Shown here in pieces: positions 49,704-59,956 of a DNA stretch of 64,000 bases. The stretch comes from Candidatus Latescibacterota bacterium (GTDB taxonomy: Bacteria; Latescibacterota; UBA2968; UBA8231). Location: NCBI GenBank assembly GCA_965206595.1, contig OZ242214.1, forward strand, positions 4,160,001-4,224,000. The letters are read 5' to 3'. A program made the translations under genes and the position numbers. Under the pieces are notes generated by a model. It was given only the letters and a program-made list of their open reading frames with translations, was not told where the DNA came from and searched no databases. Positions within the stretch are counted from its first letter, which is position 1; each line of letters starts with the position of its first letter.

Positions 49704-51683
49704 ATGACTGCTCCACGACTGCTGGCAATGGCACTGGTTCTCGGAGGCGCTACCGCGGCGCAGGCCCTGACCCTGTTCCGTATCGGGGGCGACGGGCTTC
49801 CCGAGCCCGAGCTCGAGGCGCCCTTCGACTTCGTGCAGCTGCCCTGGGAAGGGGTTGACGAGAATAAGTTCGGGGGCCTGATCAGCCTCGATCTGCAGCC
49901 CGGGTCCATCGCCCCGGAGTTCACCGATTCCGAGGTGAATCTCACCCCTTCGACACTGGAAGGTAACTTCCGCTACAAGGACGTGGGTGGTGACTGGCAG
50001 ATTCCCGAGCGCGTGCCGCAGTACATCGACCGCCGCTGGTCGGTCCGCTTCGCCGACGCCGACCCCAACTCCTACTACGCTGACGACCGCAGCATCGAAT
50101 ACCTGTTCGACCTGGAGAGACAGGTGCACCTCAGCCGCATTCGTTTTTACACGCGGGTCGACGACGGCACCATCGTCACCTGCGGGTTCGGCAGGAACCA
50201 GGCCGGCAGGGGATGCCGCAGCGGCAATCTCGAACCGATTCCCGAATTCCTCATAGGCACCAGTGACGGCGACCCCGCCAGAGAGGGGACCCGCCCCTAC
50301 AAGCTGCGGTATCACCAGCGCGTCGGCCCGGGGGAGCGCTTCGATTTCGACGTCGTGCACGAAGGCCAGGGGCGCGATCTCGTCGACCTGAAATTTCCCT
50401 CGATTCCGACGCGGCGCCTGCTGTTCAAGATTTTCGGCCAGGAGGGGGTGGAGTGGGAAATCGCCGAGTTCGAGATCTACGCCAGCGGCTATGCGCCGAT
50501 CGCCCGTTACACTTCGAACGTCATCGACCTGGGGGAGGAGTTCAGCCTGGGAGACCTGACCTGGGCGGGGCTGCAGGGAAGCGACCCGGAGAGCCGCGTC
50601 GAAATCACCATGCGCAGCGGCGACGACGAACAGCCGAACGTGTACTGGCGCCGGACCTTCCGCGGCGACGAGCAGGTACCCTTTTCCAGCAGGGGCGCCC
50701 TGCTCACGCCCGCGGCCTACAACCGGCTGGAGCCGCCAGAGAAAGGGGACATCCGCCATGACAACGAGAACTGGGTGACCTGGAACGCCGCCTATGACTT
50801 CCCTTCCGGCAGCGGGACGGCCAACGCCGATCGCCCCCGCCGCTTCGTCCAGTTCGACGTCTCCTTCGTGTCGACACCCGAGTCGGGCGGACAGGTGCAG
50901 TACCTGCAGTTCCTCGCCTCGCCGCCCCTGATAACGCACGCTCCGGCAGAAGTCACGCCCGAGGCCGCGGCCGCCGGGGAGGTAACCACCTTCACCTACC
51001 AGGTCCGGCCCCGGCTCGAGCCGGGAGACGGAGGGTTCGACGGCATATCGGTCGAAACACCGGCGCAGATCGTCGCGGTTGAGCCGGTTGCGCGAATCGG
51101 CGGCAGCGAAGTCGAGGTCACGGTCACCCGAATGGATGACGAGGGTTTTGCCGTTCAGATCCCGCGCGTCGACATCGAGCGCACCGAAGAGTTGGTCGAG
51201 CTCACATTCCAGGCCCGGGTGTTCGAGTACGACACCCCTTTCATCGCCCGCCTCTTTGATAGCCAGGTCCCCTTCGAGGTGCCGCAACCCGTCACCGAAG
51301 GGGACGCCGACGAGGCGACCGACAGCAACCGTCTGCGGGTTGCCCTCACGGATATTCCCGACCGCGCCATCAATACCCTGAGCCTCTCCTCTCCGCTGCT
51401 GACCCCCAACGGCGACGGCGTCAACGATGCCGTCGAGATCGAGTACGAGCTGGTGAATCTGAGCGGAGACGTGCCTGCCGCGGTCGCTGTGTACGAGCTG
51501 TCCGGACGCCGCGTCGGCGAGGTCGATGCCACCGGCCTCGGAGTGAGCGGCCGCTTCAGCGTCTCCTGGGACGGCAGGGGGGAGGGCGGCGTACTGCCCC
51601 CGGGCCTGTACCTGCTGCAGCTCGAGATCGCGACCGACACCGGCAGGGACCGCGCTCAGCGCCTCGTCTCCATCGCCTATTGA
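49704..51683 (+). CDS. Secreted protein with a FlgD-Ig / type-B T9SS-like C-terminal domain
   Basis: Signal peptide; [25 protein letters not shown] and PRRFVQF; [10 protein letters not shown]...LPPGLY...VSIAY. Confidence 0.82.
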   Translation: MTAPRLLAMALVLGGATAAQALTLFRIGGDGLPEPELEAPFDFVQLPWEGVDENKFGGLISLDLQPGSIAPEFTDSEVNLTPSTLEGNFRYKDVGGDWQIPERVPQYIDRRWSVRFADADPNSYYADDRSIEYLFDLERQVHLSRIRFYTRVDDGTIVTCGFGRNQAGRGCRSGNLEPIPEFLIGTSDGDPAREGTRPYKLRYHQRVGPGERFDFDVVHEGQGRDLVDLKFPSIPTRRLLFKIFGQEGVEWEIAEFEIYASGYAPIARYTSNVIDLGEEFSLGDLTWAGLQGSDPESRVEITMRSGDDEQPNVYWRRTFRGDEQVPFSSRGALLTPAAYNRLEPPEKGDIRHDNENWVTWNAAYDFPSGSGTANADRPRRFVQFDVSFVSTPESGGQVQYLQFLASPPLITHAPAEVTPEAAAAGEVTTFTYQVRPRLEPGDGGFDGISVETPAQIVAVEPVARIGGSEVEVTVTRMDDEGFAVQIPRVDIERTEELVELTFQARVFEYDTPFIARLFDSQVPFEVPQPVTEGDADEATDSNRLRVALTDIPDRAINTLSLSSPLLTPNGDGVNDAVEIEYELVNLSGDVPAAVAVYELSGRRVGEVDATGLGVSGRFSVSWDGRGEGGVLPPGLYLLQLEIATDTGRDRAQRLVSIAY

Positions 51684-51831
51684 TATTGAAGGGCAGGGGT
51701 TCGAACCTTCCCGGGCAGGCCCCCTTCACCGGGGTGAGGGCGGGAGCTTCGCCCCGGTTCCCGCTCCCGACCTACCGTCACGGAGGTACCTTCCCAATAT
51801 TGCAATGCGGTCGCTACGAGGGAGTTCTTCA

Positions 51832-54114
51832 GTGACCGAGACGAGACTTTGGCAGCGGACCCCGGCCCGCGAGTTCACCGCAGGACTGCCGATCGGTACC
51901 GGACGGCTCGCCGCCATGGTCCTGGGAGACCCGGTTACCGAACGCTTGGCCCTGAACCACGAGTGGCTGTGGCGAGGTCGGAACCGGGGCCGCGATACCC
52001 GGCCTCGATCCCACCTGCTTGCTGAGGTCCGACAGCTGTTGCTGGAGGGTCGCTGGGAAGAGGGAACGGTTCGCGCCAACCAGGCCTTCGGGAACGTCAG
52101 CGGCGATCGCGACGAGCCGATCCATATCGATCCGTATCAACCCGCGGGCGATCTGTTTTTTCGCCTCGACCACGGAAGGGCCACCGGTTATCGGCGCGAG
52201 CTCGATCTGCAGACTGGAGTTGCAACCGTCGAGTACCAGGCGGACGGGGTGCGCTTCAGGAGGGAGTACCTCGCGCATTTACCCGGCGACCTGGTGCTGG
52301 TGCGCATGACGGCTGAGCGCCGATTCGGAGGGCGTGTCTGGCTCGACCGCCTTCCGGACGAGCACTGCGAGGTAGAGCGGACCCCGTTGATTCTCGACGG
52401 CTTCTTCCGCGGCGGAATCGATTTCCGCATACAGGTGCGGCCGCGGATGAGCGGCGGCTCCCGGCACTGGGAAGGCGACTTTCTGGTGTTCGCCGGGGCG
52501 GATGAGCTCCTGCTGGAAATCGACATCGCCACGTCGGCATGCGGGCGATCTCCCTGGCAGGAATGCGGCGAACGGTTCCTGAAGAGCGCTGACTGGGAGG
52601 AGCTGGTTGAATCCCACGAAGAGGTGTACCGAAGACTCTACGGCGACCTGCAGCTGGGGGTGGACCTGCCGGCATCGACCCTCCCGACCGACGAGCGGAT
52701 CGCCGCGGTGCGTCGCGGAGCCGAAGACCCTGGTCTTCCCCTCCTCTTTTTCAACTACGGTCGCTATCTGCACCTGGCCTGCACGGCGAACGCCGGTCTG
52801 CCCCCCAACCTTCAGGGCAAGTGGAACGAGGAGACCGATCCCAGCTTCCGTAGCGACTACCATCACAACGTCAATCTCGAGATGAACTACTGGCATGCCG
52901 AGGCAGGCCACCTGCAGTCTTCCGCGGAGTTGTTGTTCGCTCACGCCGAGCGTTTCCTCGAGCACGGAAGCAAGGCCGCCCGCGACCTGTACGACTGCGA
53001 GGGGGTGGTGATTCCGCTGCAAACCGATCCTTGGGGGCGCGCCACCCCGGCATGGTACGGCTGGGACGTCTGGGTCGGCGGGGCGGCCTGGCTGGCTCAG
53101 CATTTCTGGTGGCACTACGAGTTCGGTCTCGACGCCGATTTTCTGCGGCGGCGCGCCTATCCCTTTTTCAGGCAGGTGGCCGCCTTCTACGCATCCTACC
53201 TGGTCGAGGGCGAGGACGGCACCCTGCAGATCGTCCCGTCGCAATCTCCCGAAAACCGCTTTGTCGGCGGCGGCGACCTGCCGGTGACTCTCTGCGTTTC
53301 GGCGACCGCGGACGTTTTGCTCGCGCGGCAGGCCCTGGAGTACGCACGGCGCTCCGCGGAGTTGCTTGGTGTCGACGAAGCGGAGCGGCACTCCTGGGCG
53401 GCCATGGCGGCGCGCCTGCCGCCGCTCGGGATCGGGCGCTTCGGCCAGCTGATGGAGTGGAACGAGGATTTCGAGGAGTGCGAGCCGGGACACAGGCATT
53501 TCTCCCACCTGATCGGCATGTATCCCGGCGATCACCTCGATCCTGAAGAAACGCCCGAGCTGTGGCAGGCCGCCCTAGTCTCCCACGAGCGCCGGCTGAA
53601 GAACGGCGCCGGCCACACGCCCTGGAGCCGCGCCTGGGCAGCCTGCCTCTCGGCCCGGGCAGGAGACCGGGAGGGGGCCTGGGATCACCTGGTGCGGCAA
53701 ATCTCCGACTATTCCGGCGAAAGCCTGATGAGCCTGCACACCGGCCCCGAACCGCCGCGCCTGTTCCAGATCGACGGTAATCTCGGGGCGGTCGCCGCGG
53801 TCCTCGAAATGTTGCTGCAGAGCTACCGCGGGGAATTGCACTTCCTGCCTGCCCTCCCCGCCGCCTGGGGGCGGGGCCTAGTGAGGGGCCTGCGCGCCCG
53901 CGGCGGCTTCGAGGTCGACCTCTCCTGGGCGGACGGCGAGCTGACCCGCGCCGAGATCAGGGCGAGTGTCGCCGGCACCTGCACCTTGAAGCATGCCTGC
54001 GGCCGCTATCGAATTCATTCTGACCGCGGTGAACCGGTCGACGCCGAGGACAGAGGTCACCGCCTGATCTTCGAAACGGCAGCGGACAGGTGCTATGTCC
54101 TGAGCCCCCTGTAG
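51832..54114 (+). CDS. Glycoside hydrolase family 95 (alpha-L-fucosidase-like), no signal peptide
   Basis: LPIG.GRL.AMV, LN...LW.G, YQP.GDL, FNYGRYL, NLQG.WN, N.N.EMNYW, SPEN, HRH.SHL and FQIDGN.G. Confidence 0.92.
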   Translation: MTETRLWQRTPAREFTAGLPIGTGRLAAMVLGDPVTERLALNHEWLWRGRNRGRDTRPRSHLLAEVRQLLLEGRWEEGTVRANQAFGNVSGDRDEPIHIDPYQPAGDLFFRLDHGRATGYRRELDLQTGVATVEYQADGVRFRREYLAHLPGDLVLVRMTAERRFGGRVWLDRLPDEHCEVERTPLILDGFFRGGIDFRIQVRPRMSGGSRHWEGDFLVFAGADELLLEIDIATSACGRSPWQECGERFLKSADWEELVESHEEVYRRLYGDLQLGVDLPASTLPTDERIAAVRRGAEDPGLPLLFFNYGRYLHLACTANAGLPPNLQGKWNEETDPSFRSDYHHNVNLEMNYWHAEAGHLQSSAELLFAHAERFLEHGSKAARDLYDCEGVVIPLQTDPWGRATPAWYGWDVWVGGAAWLAQHFWWHYEFGLDADFLRRRAYPFFRQVAAFYASYLVEGEDGTLQIVPSQSPENRFVGGGDLPVTLCVSATADVLLARQALEYARRSAELLGVDEAERHSWAAMAARLPPLGIGRFGQLMEWNEDFEECEPGHRHFSHLIGMYPGDHLDPEETPELWQAALVSHERRLKNGAGHTPWSRAWAACLSARAGDREGAWDHLVRQISDYSGESLMSLHTGPEPPRLFQIDGNLGAVAAVLEMLLQSYRGELHFLPALPAAWGRGLVRGLRARGGFEVDLSWADGELTRAEIRASVAGTCTLKHACGRYRIHSDRGEPVDAEDRGHRLIFETAADRCYVLSPL

Positions 54115-54244
54115 CCCCGGTCCGGGGAGGAGCCGTGCGCCTGCCGTCGCAAGCAAAGCAAGTGTCCGTCCGAAGGGTTTGGCGAGAGGAGGAAAACGCA
54201 GCTTCCGGGGTGCAGGGCAGGGGGCCGGATGGACTCTTACCGGG

Positions 54245-54955
54245 TCAGGTGGTGACGATCGCCTCGGCGAGCTGTTGCGGGCCGTAGACGCGGGCGTTCA
54301 GGACGATCCCGAAACGCGGCTCGCCGTCCGCCTCGACATGGGGACCGGCGTGCCAGCTGTGGGTGAACCGCAGGGCGCATTCGGTATCGACGCCGACGAG
54401 GCTCGCAGGCGGGGCCGCGTACGGCATGCCGTCCGGCCTGACCCGCGTCGAGGGACCGGTCTCCATTTTGAACAGGGCGACATACGGCCTGAGAAAGTGC
54501 GAGTGGCCGTCCTGGAAATTGGGCGGGGTCCCCGGAAGGGTGCGGAAGACGTACAGTTCGATGAAGTTGCAGGGGCAGCCCTCGCGCTCGAGCTCGTCCA
54601 GTCTGGCGGCGGTGTAGTCGACGAGGGGGCGCCCGAGCTTGTCGCCGAAAAAGCGGGTGACCTGCTCGAAGCCGTCGCCGACCCCTTCCCAGCGCGATCC
54701 CCGGGGGCGCCTGCGGCCGCTTGCGGCAGGCAATGGATCCTTCCAGGCGAAACGCTTTCCGAAGTAACCCGCCTCGGGGTTCTCTCTCATGTAGCGGTCG
54801 ATGATTTCGTACACCCGGCACTGGTGCCCGGGATTCCAGATCGGTCCGGTGCGGATGAGGCGCATCCGCCGCCAGGGCTGAACGAGGCCGAGGATCGCCG
54901 CGCCGGCGAACAACCGCCAGGCGCGCGGGGAACTGAGACCGGTGAAGTATCGCAT
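54245..54955 (-). CDS. Hypothetical protein with His motifs (possible cupin-like fold)
   Basis: 236-aa ORF filling the gap between genes; DGHSHF and HSWHAGPH motifs. Confidence 0.55.
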   Translation of the reverse strand: MRYFTGLSSPRAWRLFAGAAILGLVQPWRRMRLIRTGPIWNPGHQCRVYEIIDRYMRENPEAGYFGKRFAWKDPLPAASGRRRPRGSRWEGVGDGFEQVTRFFGDKLGRPLVDYTAARLDELEREGCPCNFIELYVFRTLPGTPPNFQDGHSHFLRPYVALFKMETGPSTRVRPDGMPYAAPPASLVGVDTECALRFTHSWHAGPHVEADGEPRFGIVLNARVYGPQQLAEAIVTT

Positions 54956-55016
54956 GAGCGGCTCTTAATTTGTAGAATCAGACCGTCCTGTCACACCCTC
55001 TCGACGGAACTTCCCG

Positions 55017-55913
55017 ATGCTGGTCGATGCCCATTCCCATTTCCTGCAGGACTACACTCCATGCGCGCGGCTGCCGCGGACCGCGGCCGACCTCGATGGC
55101 GTCGACATGGAGGAGGTGTTGCGGATCATGGACGAGTGCGGCGTCGAGGTCGCCGTCACCCTCTCCCAGGAGATGACCCGCGTCCGCGGCGACTGGCTCG
55201 GGTCGAACGAGCTGGCCGCGGACCTGCAGCGGAACTACCGCGGCCGCTTCGTCGGTATCGCCAGCTTCGAGCCCCTGACCCCGGACGGGCGCTTCAACGG
55301 CGAGCGCTTCGAGCAGGTGCGGGCCCTGCTGCGGGCCGGCGATGTGCGCGGCGTACTGATCACTCCTCCGTACGGGCGCTTTCAGCTCAACGACCGCCGG
55401 GCTTATCCCTTCTACCAGGCCGCGGCCCAAGCGGACGCCCCGGTATATATCCATCTCGTGCAGCCTTCCGGGGAATGGGGCGAGGATTTCAACCCCCCCG
55501 ACAAGGTCGAGGACTTTCCCACCCGCCTAGGCACCCTCGAGCAGGTGATCTCCGATTTTCCGGGACTCCGTTTCAACGTCGAGCACATGGCCCGCCCCAG
55601 GATCGACGACCTGCTGGCGATCATGGCGAAATGTCCGCAAGTCTGGACCGACGTCACCAAGCTGCTCGACGATCCGCAGCTGCCCCGCTACATCCATACT
55701 GCCGCTGAAGGGGGCTTCCTCGAACGCGTCTTCTGGGGAACCGACTACGTCGGACTGGATGCGGAGGAGTGGGCGGAGTGGGTTCGTGAGGGGGTGGACT
55801 TCGTGCGCGACGGCCTCAACCGGGGCCTGAGCCGGGCAGGCTTCAGGCAGCTGTCCGTATCCCGGATCGACGGCTTGCTGGCCGGCAACATCCGAAGCTT
55901 CCTCGGGCTGTGA
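55017..55913 (+). CDS. Amidohydrolase_2 family protein
   Basis: DAHSH, PVYIH, FP.L.F..EHM and WGTDY. Confidence 0.88.
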   Translation: MLVDAHSHFLQDYTPCARLPRTAADLDGVDMEEVLRIMDECGVEVAVTLSQEMTRVRGDWLGSNELAADLQRNYRGRFVGIASFEPLTPDGRFNGERFEQVRALLRAGDVRGVLITPPYGRFQLNDRRAYPFYQAAAQADAPVYIHLVQPSGEWGEDFNPPDKVEDFPTRLGTLEQVISDFPGLRFNVEHMARPRIDDLLAIMAKCPQVWTDVTKLLDDPQLPRYIHTAAEGGFLERVFWGTDYVGLDAEEWAEWVREGVDFVRDGLNRGLSRAGFRQLSVSRIDGLLAGNIRSFLGL

Positions 55914-57814
55914 GCCGGATACAGGGCGCCGGCACCTTCCTGCTGGCGATGGCGCTGTGCGCCTTCCTCAACTTCGTCAGCGTCCGCAGCTACCTGCTCC
56001 TGAGCCGCTACACCGGTTTCGCCGACCACTTCAACACCGTCGGCGTCATCTTCGTGCTCTTTTTTCTGCTCGTAATCGGGCTCCTGCTGCGCGCCCTCCA
56101 CCCGATTTTCGGCCTGAGCCCGGCCTCGTTCGCTCTCGTCTACGCCTCCCTCATGGTCGCCACCGTCATCCCGACGATGGGGTTCGGCGGCTACTTCCTG
56201 CCCTTCATCGCGGGACTGATCTACTACGCGACCCCGGAGAACAACTGGGAGGAGGTGCTGTGGCCGCACGTGCCGGAGTGGGTGGTTCCGCGCGATCCGG
56301 AGCTGATTCGCCGGCTGTTCGAGGGCCTCTCCGCGGGGGAGTCGATTCCCTGGGAGCCCTGGGTCGTTCCCGTTCTCGTCTGGTCCTCCTTCTTCGTCGC
56401 CTTCTCCTGCGTCAGCCTGTCGTTCGTCAGCCTCGTGCACCATCAGTGGTCGCGGGAGGAGCGCCTCGTCTACCCCCTGGCGGCGACCCCCATCCTGATG
56501 GTGGACAGCCTGCGCGAGCCGTCGCGGAGCTTCCTGCGCAGCAGGCTGCTCTGGGCAGGCTTTCTCCTCGCCTGGTCGTATCCGACGGTCAACCTCGTCG
56601 ACCAGCTCATCGACCTCTCCTGGATCGAGAACTTCGGCATCCCTTCCGCCCACATACGCTTCGAAGCCCTCGGCCTCGGCTACGCCCTCAACACCGACCT
56701 GCTCGTCGTCGGCCTGAGCTTCCTGATCAGTCTGCAGGTGCTTTTCAGCGTCTGGTTCTGCCACCTCCTGCTCGCCCTGGAAAACAGCCTGCTTGGCTAT
56801 TTCGGGGTCTCCCTGTCCCTTGCGGCGCAGCCCCATTCCGCGGGCGGCGTTCTCATGGCCCACCAGCAGATCGGCTCCCTCGCCTTCCTGGTGATCTCTT
56901 CCCTGTGGCTGTCGCGGAACTTTCTCCGCAAGCAGTGGCGCATCATCGTCGGTCGCGAGCGGGAAACGGGAGACAACATCATTCACCCCCGGACGGCGGC
57001 GATCATGGGCTTGCTCGGGTTTGTCTACATGGCCGTCTTTCTCAACGCCACCGGACTGCCCCCGGGGTGGTCAATTCTCTTCCTGGTCGTCGCCCTGCTC
57101 GTCTTCTTCGGCACCACCCGCCTGCTCGCCCAGATCGGCTTCAGCCGTCTCCGCGCCGCCAATTCCATCCCGCCGCTGTTCACCAACTCGCTCGGCAGCG
57201 CCGCTTTCGGGGGCAGCGCCCTCAGCGCCATGGGCCTGAGCTTCATGTGGGCGGCCGACATCCAGCTGTTCCTGATGGGCACCCTGGCGCACGCGCTCAA
57301 GGTCTGCGAGGACGCCCGCCTGCGGATCAGCGGCCGCCGGCTCCTGTTCTACTTCGCCGCGGCGCTCTTCGTCAGCCTGGCCTCGATGATCGCCGTCTAC
57401 CTCGACATGGGCTACCGCAACGGGCTGATCCACGGGATGAGCTGGTATTACGTCGCCTCGCCGCAGCTCTGCTGGGGATGGGTCGTCAACAGCATCAACA
57501 CCCCGAACGCGGGGGAGCCGCTGGCCGCGGTTTTCCTGGCGGTCGGCGCCGGCCTGGCCGGGATTCTGTCCTTCGCCACCCACCGTCTGCCGGGGTGGCC
57601 CCTGCATCCGGCCGGACTGGCGATCGCCCTCACCAACACCGTCAGCATCGACTGGTTCAGCGTCTTCCTGGCCTGGCTGATAAAGGCGGTGGTGCTGCGC
57701 TACGGCGGCGTCGCCCTGTTCACCTCCATCCGGCCGTTCTTCCTGGGGCTGATTCTCGGCAAGTGCGTCGGAGTGGGCGGGGCGTCGCTCGTCCACTCCT
57801 TCTACTTCGCATGA
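55910..57814 (+). CDS. Polytopic membrane protein, DUF6785/DUF6784-like (putative transporter)
   Basis: Many hydrophobic helices; YYATPEN.W, IPW..W..P, QW...ERL.YPL, WPLHP.G and W..K..VLRYGG...RPFFLGLILG. Confidence 0.75.
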   Translation: MSRIQGAGTFLLAMALCAFLNFVSVRSYLLLSRYTGFADHFNTVGVIFVLFFLLVIGLLLRALHPIFGLSPASFALVYASLMVATVIPTMGFGGYFLPFIAGLIYYATPENNWEEVLWPHVPEWVVPRDPELIRRLFEGLSAGESIPWEPWVVPVLVWSSFFVAFSCVSLSFVSLVHHQWSREERLVYPLAATPILMVDSLREPSRSFLRSRLLWAGFLLAWSYPTVNLVDQLIDLSWIENFGIPSAHIRFEALGLGYALNTDLLVVGLSFLISLQVLFSVWFCHLLLALENSLLGYFGVSLSLAAQPHSAGGVLMAHQQIGSLAFLVISSLWLSRNFLRKQWRIIVGRERETGDNIIHPRTAAIMGLLGFVYMAVFLNATGLPPGWSILFLVVALLVFFGTTRLLAQIGFSRLRAANSIPPLFTNSLGSAAFGGSALSAMGLSFMWAADIQLFLMGTLAHALKVCEDARLRISGRRLLFYFAAALFVSLASMIAVYLDMGYRNGLIHGMSWYYVASPQLCWGWVVNSINTPNAGEPLAAVFLAVGAGLAGILSFATHRLPGWPLHPAGLAIALTNTVSIDWFSVFLAWLIKAVVLRYGGVALFTSIRPFFLGLILGKCVGVGGASLVHSFYFA

Positions 57815-57833
57815 CCCCCGGCGGGCGGGCGCT

Positions 57834-59834
57834 TCAGTAGGCCAGTGAAACCAGCCGTTGGGCGCGTTCCTCGCCGTTGTCGGAAGTGACCGCGAGTTCG
57901 AGCAGGTACAGGCCCGGAGGCAGCAGGGTTCCCTGCCGGCTACGCCCGTCCCAGGAGGCCTGGTAGAGGCCGCTGGCTGCCCGGCCATCCACGACCTCGC
58001 CGACCAGGCGGCCCGAGAGATCGTACACGGCGATGCTCACCGGGACATCCCCGGCGAGGTTGACCAACTCGTACTCGATCTCCACTAGGTCGTTGGCGCC
58101 GTCGCCGTTGGGGGTGAGGACCGGCGGGGAAAGGCGCAGGGCGTGGATAGGCAGGCGCGGTATCCGGACCAGGGCGACCCGCAGGCGGTCGCTGTCGCTG
58201 AGCTCGTCGGCGTCCCCGGCGATCACCGGTTGAGGAACCTCGAACGGCTTCTCACTGCTGGTCAGCCCGATCCGGAAGGGGGTGTCGTACGCGAAGATCT
58301 CCGCCTCGAAGCCGACTTCGATCAGCTCTTCGGTGCCCTCGATGCCGACGCCCGGGAACTGCACGGCGAATCCCTCCTCGTCGAGACGGACGAGGTCGAG
58401 ATCGACCTCGTTTCCTCCGAGGCGGCCGATGGGATCGACCGCGGTGACGCGCGCCTCGGTAGAGACCAGGAGGCCGTCGAACCCGGGGTCGCCCGGCTCG
58501 AGCCTGGGCCTCAGCTTGAGTGTGAACCGGCTCACCTCTCCGGCCGTGACCGCGCCGGGAACGATCTCGCCCCGGGCCTCCGCGACAAGCAGCGGGGAAG
58601 CGGGGAACTGGAGGTAGTCGACCTTCCCGCCGGATTCCGGGGTCGCGGAGAAGGCGATGTCGAACTGCACGTATCGCCTCGGTCGGTCGGCGTTTGGCCG
58701 GCCGCGGCCGGCGGCGAAGTCGTAGGGGGCGTTCCAACCGTTCCAGTTCTCGAGGTCATGGGTGATGGAGCCGGCCTCGGCGGGTTCCAGGCGCTCGTAT
58801 TGCTGCCTGGTCAGGGGGCCGCCGTTCTCGGCGAACGGCACCTCCTCCTCCCCGCGGAAGGTTCTGCGCCGGTAAACGTGCGGCTGGTCGTCCTCTCCGG
58901 TGCGCATGCGCAACTGATTTCTCGCCGGCTCCTCGACGCGCCCGGCCCATGTCAGCTCCCCGATGCTGAGCGACTCTCCGAGGTCTATGACGTTGGAACG
59001 GTAGGTCGCGGCAGGCACGAATCCCTTGCCGAAGATCTCGAACTCCGCTACCTCCCAGGAAAGACGGTCCTTCGCGAACACCTGGAAAAGCAAGCGCCGG
59101 GTGGGAATGGAGGGAAACTCCAGGTCGACCACGTCCGCGCCCGGTCCCTGGTGGACGACGTCGAAATCGAAACGGTACTCATCCCGAGTTGTTGAGGTGT
59201 ATGGAGGATTGTAAGTCCGCCTCCCTTTTTTGGCCGGGTCGCCGTCGTTGGCGGCGAGGAGAAACCGGGGTACGGGATCGATGCCGCCGGAGCGGCATCC
59301 AGCGGTCTGGAACCTGCCGAAACCGCAGGTGATCAGAGTGCCGTCATCTTTGCGGGTAAAAAAGCGAACTCGCGTCAGGTGCACGGGGTGTCCGAGATCG
59401 AACAGGTAGTTCCAGCTGCGAGTGTCCGTGTAGTAAAAATCTTCGTCGCGATCGATCATACGGACCGAGAATCTGACATCCCTCGTCCTCGACACGCTCC
59501 CCCAAGGAACCCAACCCTGGCGTCCGCCTCCTGGGAAATTGTCCAGAATGGCGAAGCGGTCCCCTTCCGGAAGGGGCGCGAGGTTGGAATCGGGGTCGGT
59601 TCTCTCGGGCAGGATCGATTCCCGCCGCAGCTCGAGGCCGGCGGCCGCTCCGAAGCGCGCCTCGTCGACCTCGGTCCAGGGAAGCTGCACGAATTCGTAC
59701 TCCACCCCGAGATCGGGGGGCGGCTCCCCGGACCCGCCGAGGCGGAACAAGGTGAGGGCCGCGGCCGTGGTCGCCCGGAAGAAAAACAGGCAGCCGGGGA
59801 TCAGGTGGAGACGGCTTTGTCTGCTTGCGGTCAT
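57834..59834 (-). CDS. Secreted protein with a FlgD-Ig / type-B T9SS-like C-terminal domain; close paralog of 49704-51683
   Basis: LTLFR.GG, TCGFGR...[27 protein letters not shown] and LTPNGDGAND...LPPGLY...VSLAY. Confidence 0.82.
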   Translation of the reverse strand: MTASRQSRLHLIPGCLFFFRATTAAALTLFRLGGSGEPPPDLGVEYEFVQLPWTEVDEARFGAAAGLELRRESILPERTDPDSNLAPLPEGDRFAILDNFPGGGRQGWVPWGSVSRTRDVRFSVRMIDRDEDFYYTDTRSWNYLFDLGHPVHLTRVRFFTRKDDGTLITCGFGRFQTAGCRSGGIDPVPRFLLAANDGDPAKKGRRTYNPPYTSTTRDEYRFDFDVVHQGPGADVVDLEFPSIPTRRLLFQVFAKDRLSWEVAEFEIFGKGFVPAATYRSNVIDLGESLSIGELTWAGRVEEPARNQLRMRTGEDDQPHVYRRRTFRGEEEVPFAENGGPLTRQQYERLEPAEAGSITHDLENWNGWNAPYDFAAGRGRPNADRPRRYVQFDIAFSATPESGGKVDYLQFPASPLLVAEARGEIVPGAVTAGEVSRFTLKLRPRLEPGDPGFDGLLVSTEARVTAVDPIGRLGGNEVDLDLVRLDEEGFAVQFPGVGIEGTEELIEVGFEAEIFAYDTPFRIGLTSSEKPFEVPQPVIAGDADELSDSDRLRVALVRIPRLPIHALRLSPPVLTPNGDGANDLVEIEYELVNLAGDVPVSIAVYDLSGRLVGEVVDGRAASGLYQASWDGRSRQGTLLPPGLYLLELAVTSDNGEERAQRLVSLAY

Positions 59835-59956
59835 ATCAGAGGTCGGCGTTGAACCCGGCGCGCGCATTGCGCTTGTTTGCGACGGAGGAACGAAGAAGGA
59901 ATATCGAACCGGACCGCTGGCCAAGCTGACTGCCCGAAAGGATCCTGAGACAGAAA

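Noticed and set aside
51688-51770. GGTTCGAACC T-loop-like sequence suggesting a tRNA or attachment site
   Set aside because: No cloverleaf can be built; only generic intergenic hairpins, and no integrase nearby.
49704-59834. Diversity-generating retroelement or shufflon explaining the paralog variation
   Set aside because: No reverse transcriptase or recombinase in the window, and no near-identical template/variable repeat pair.
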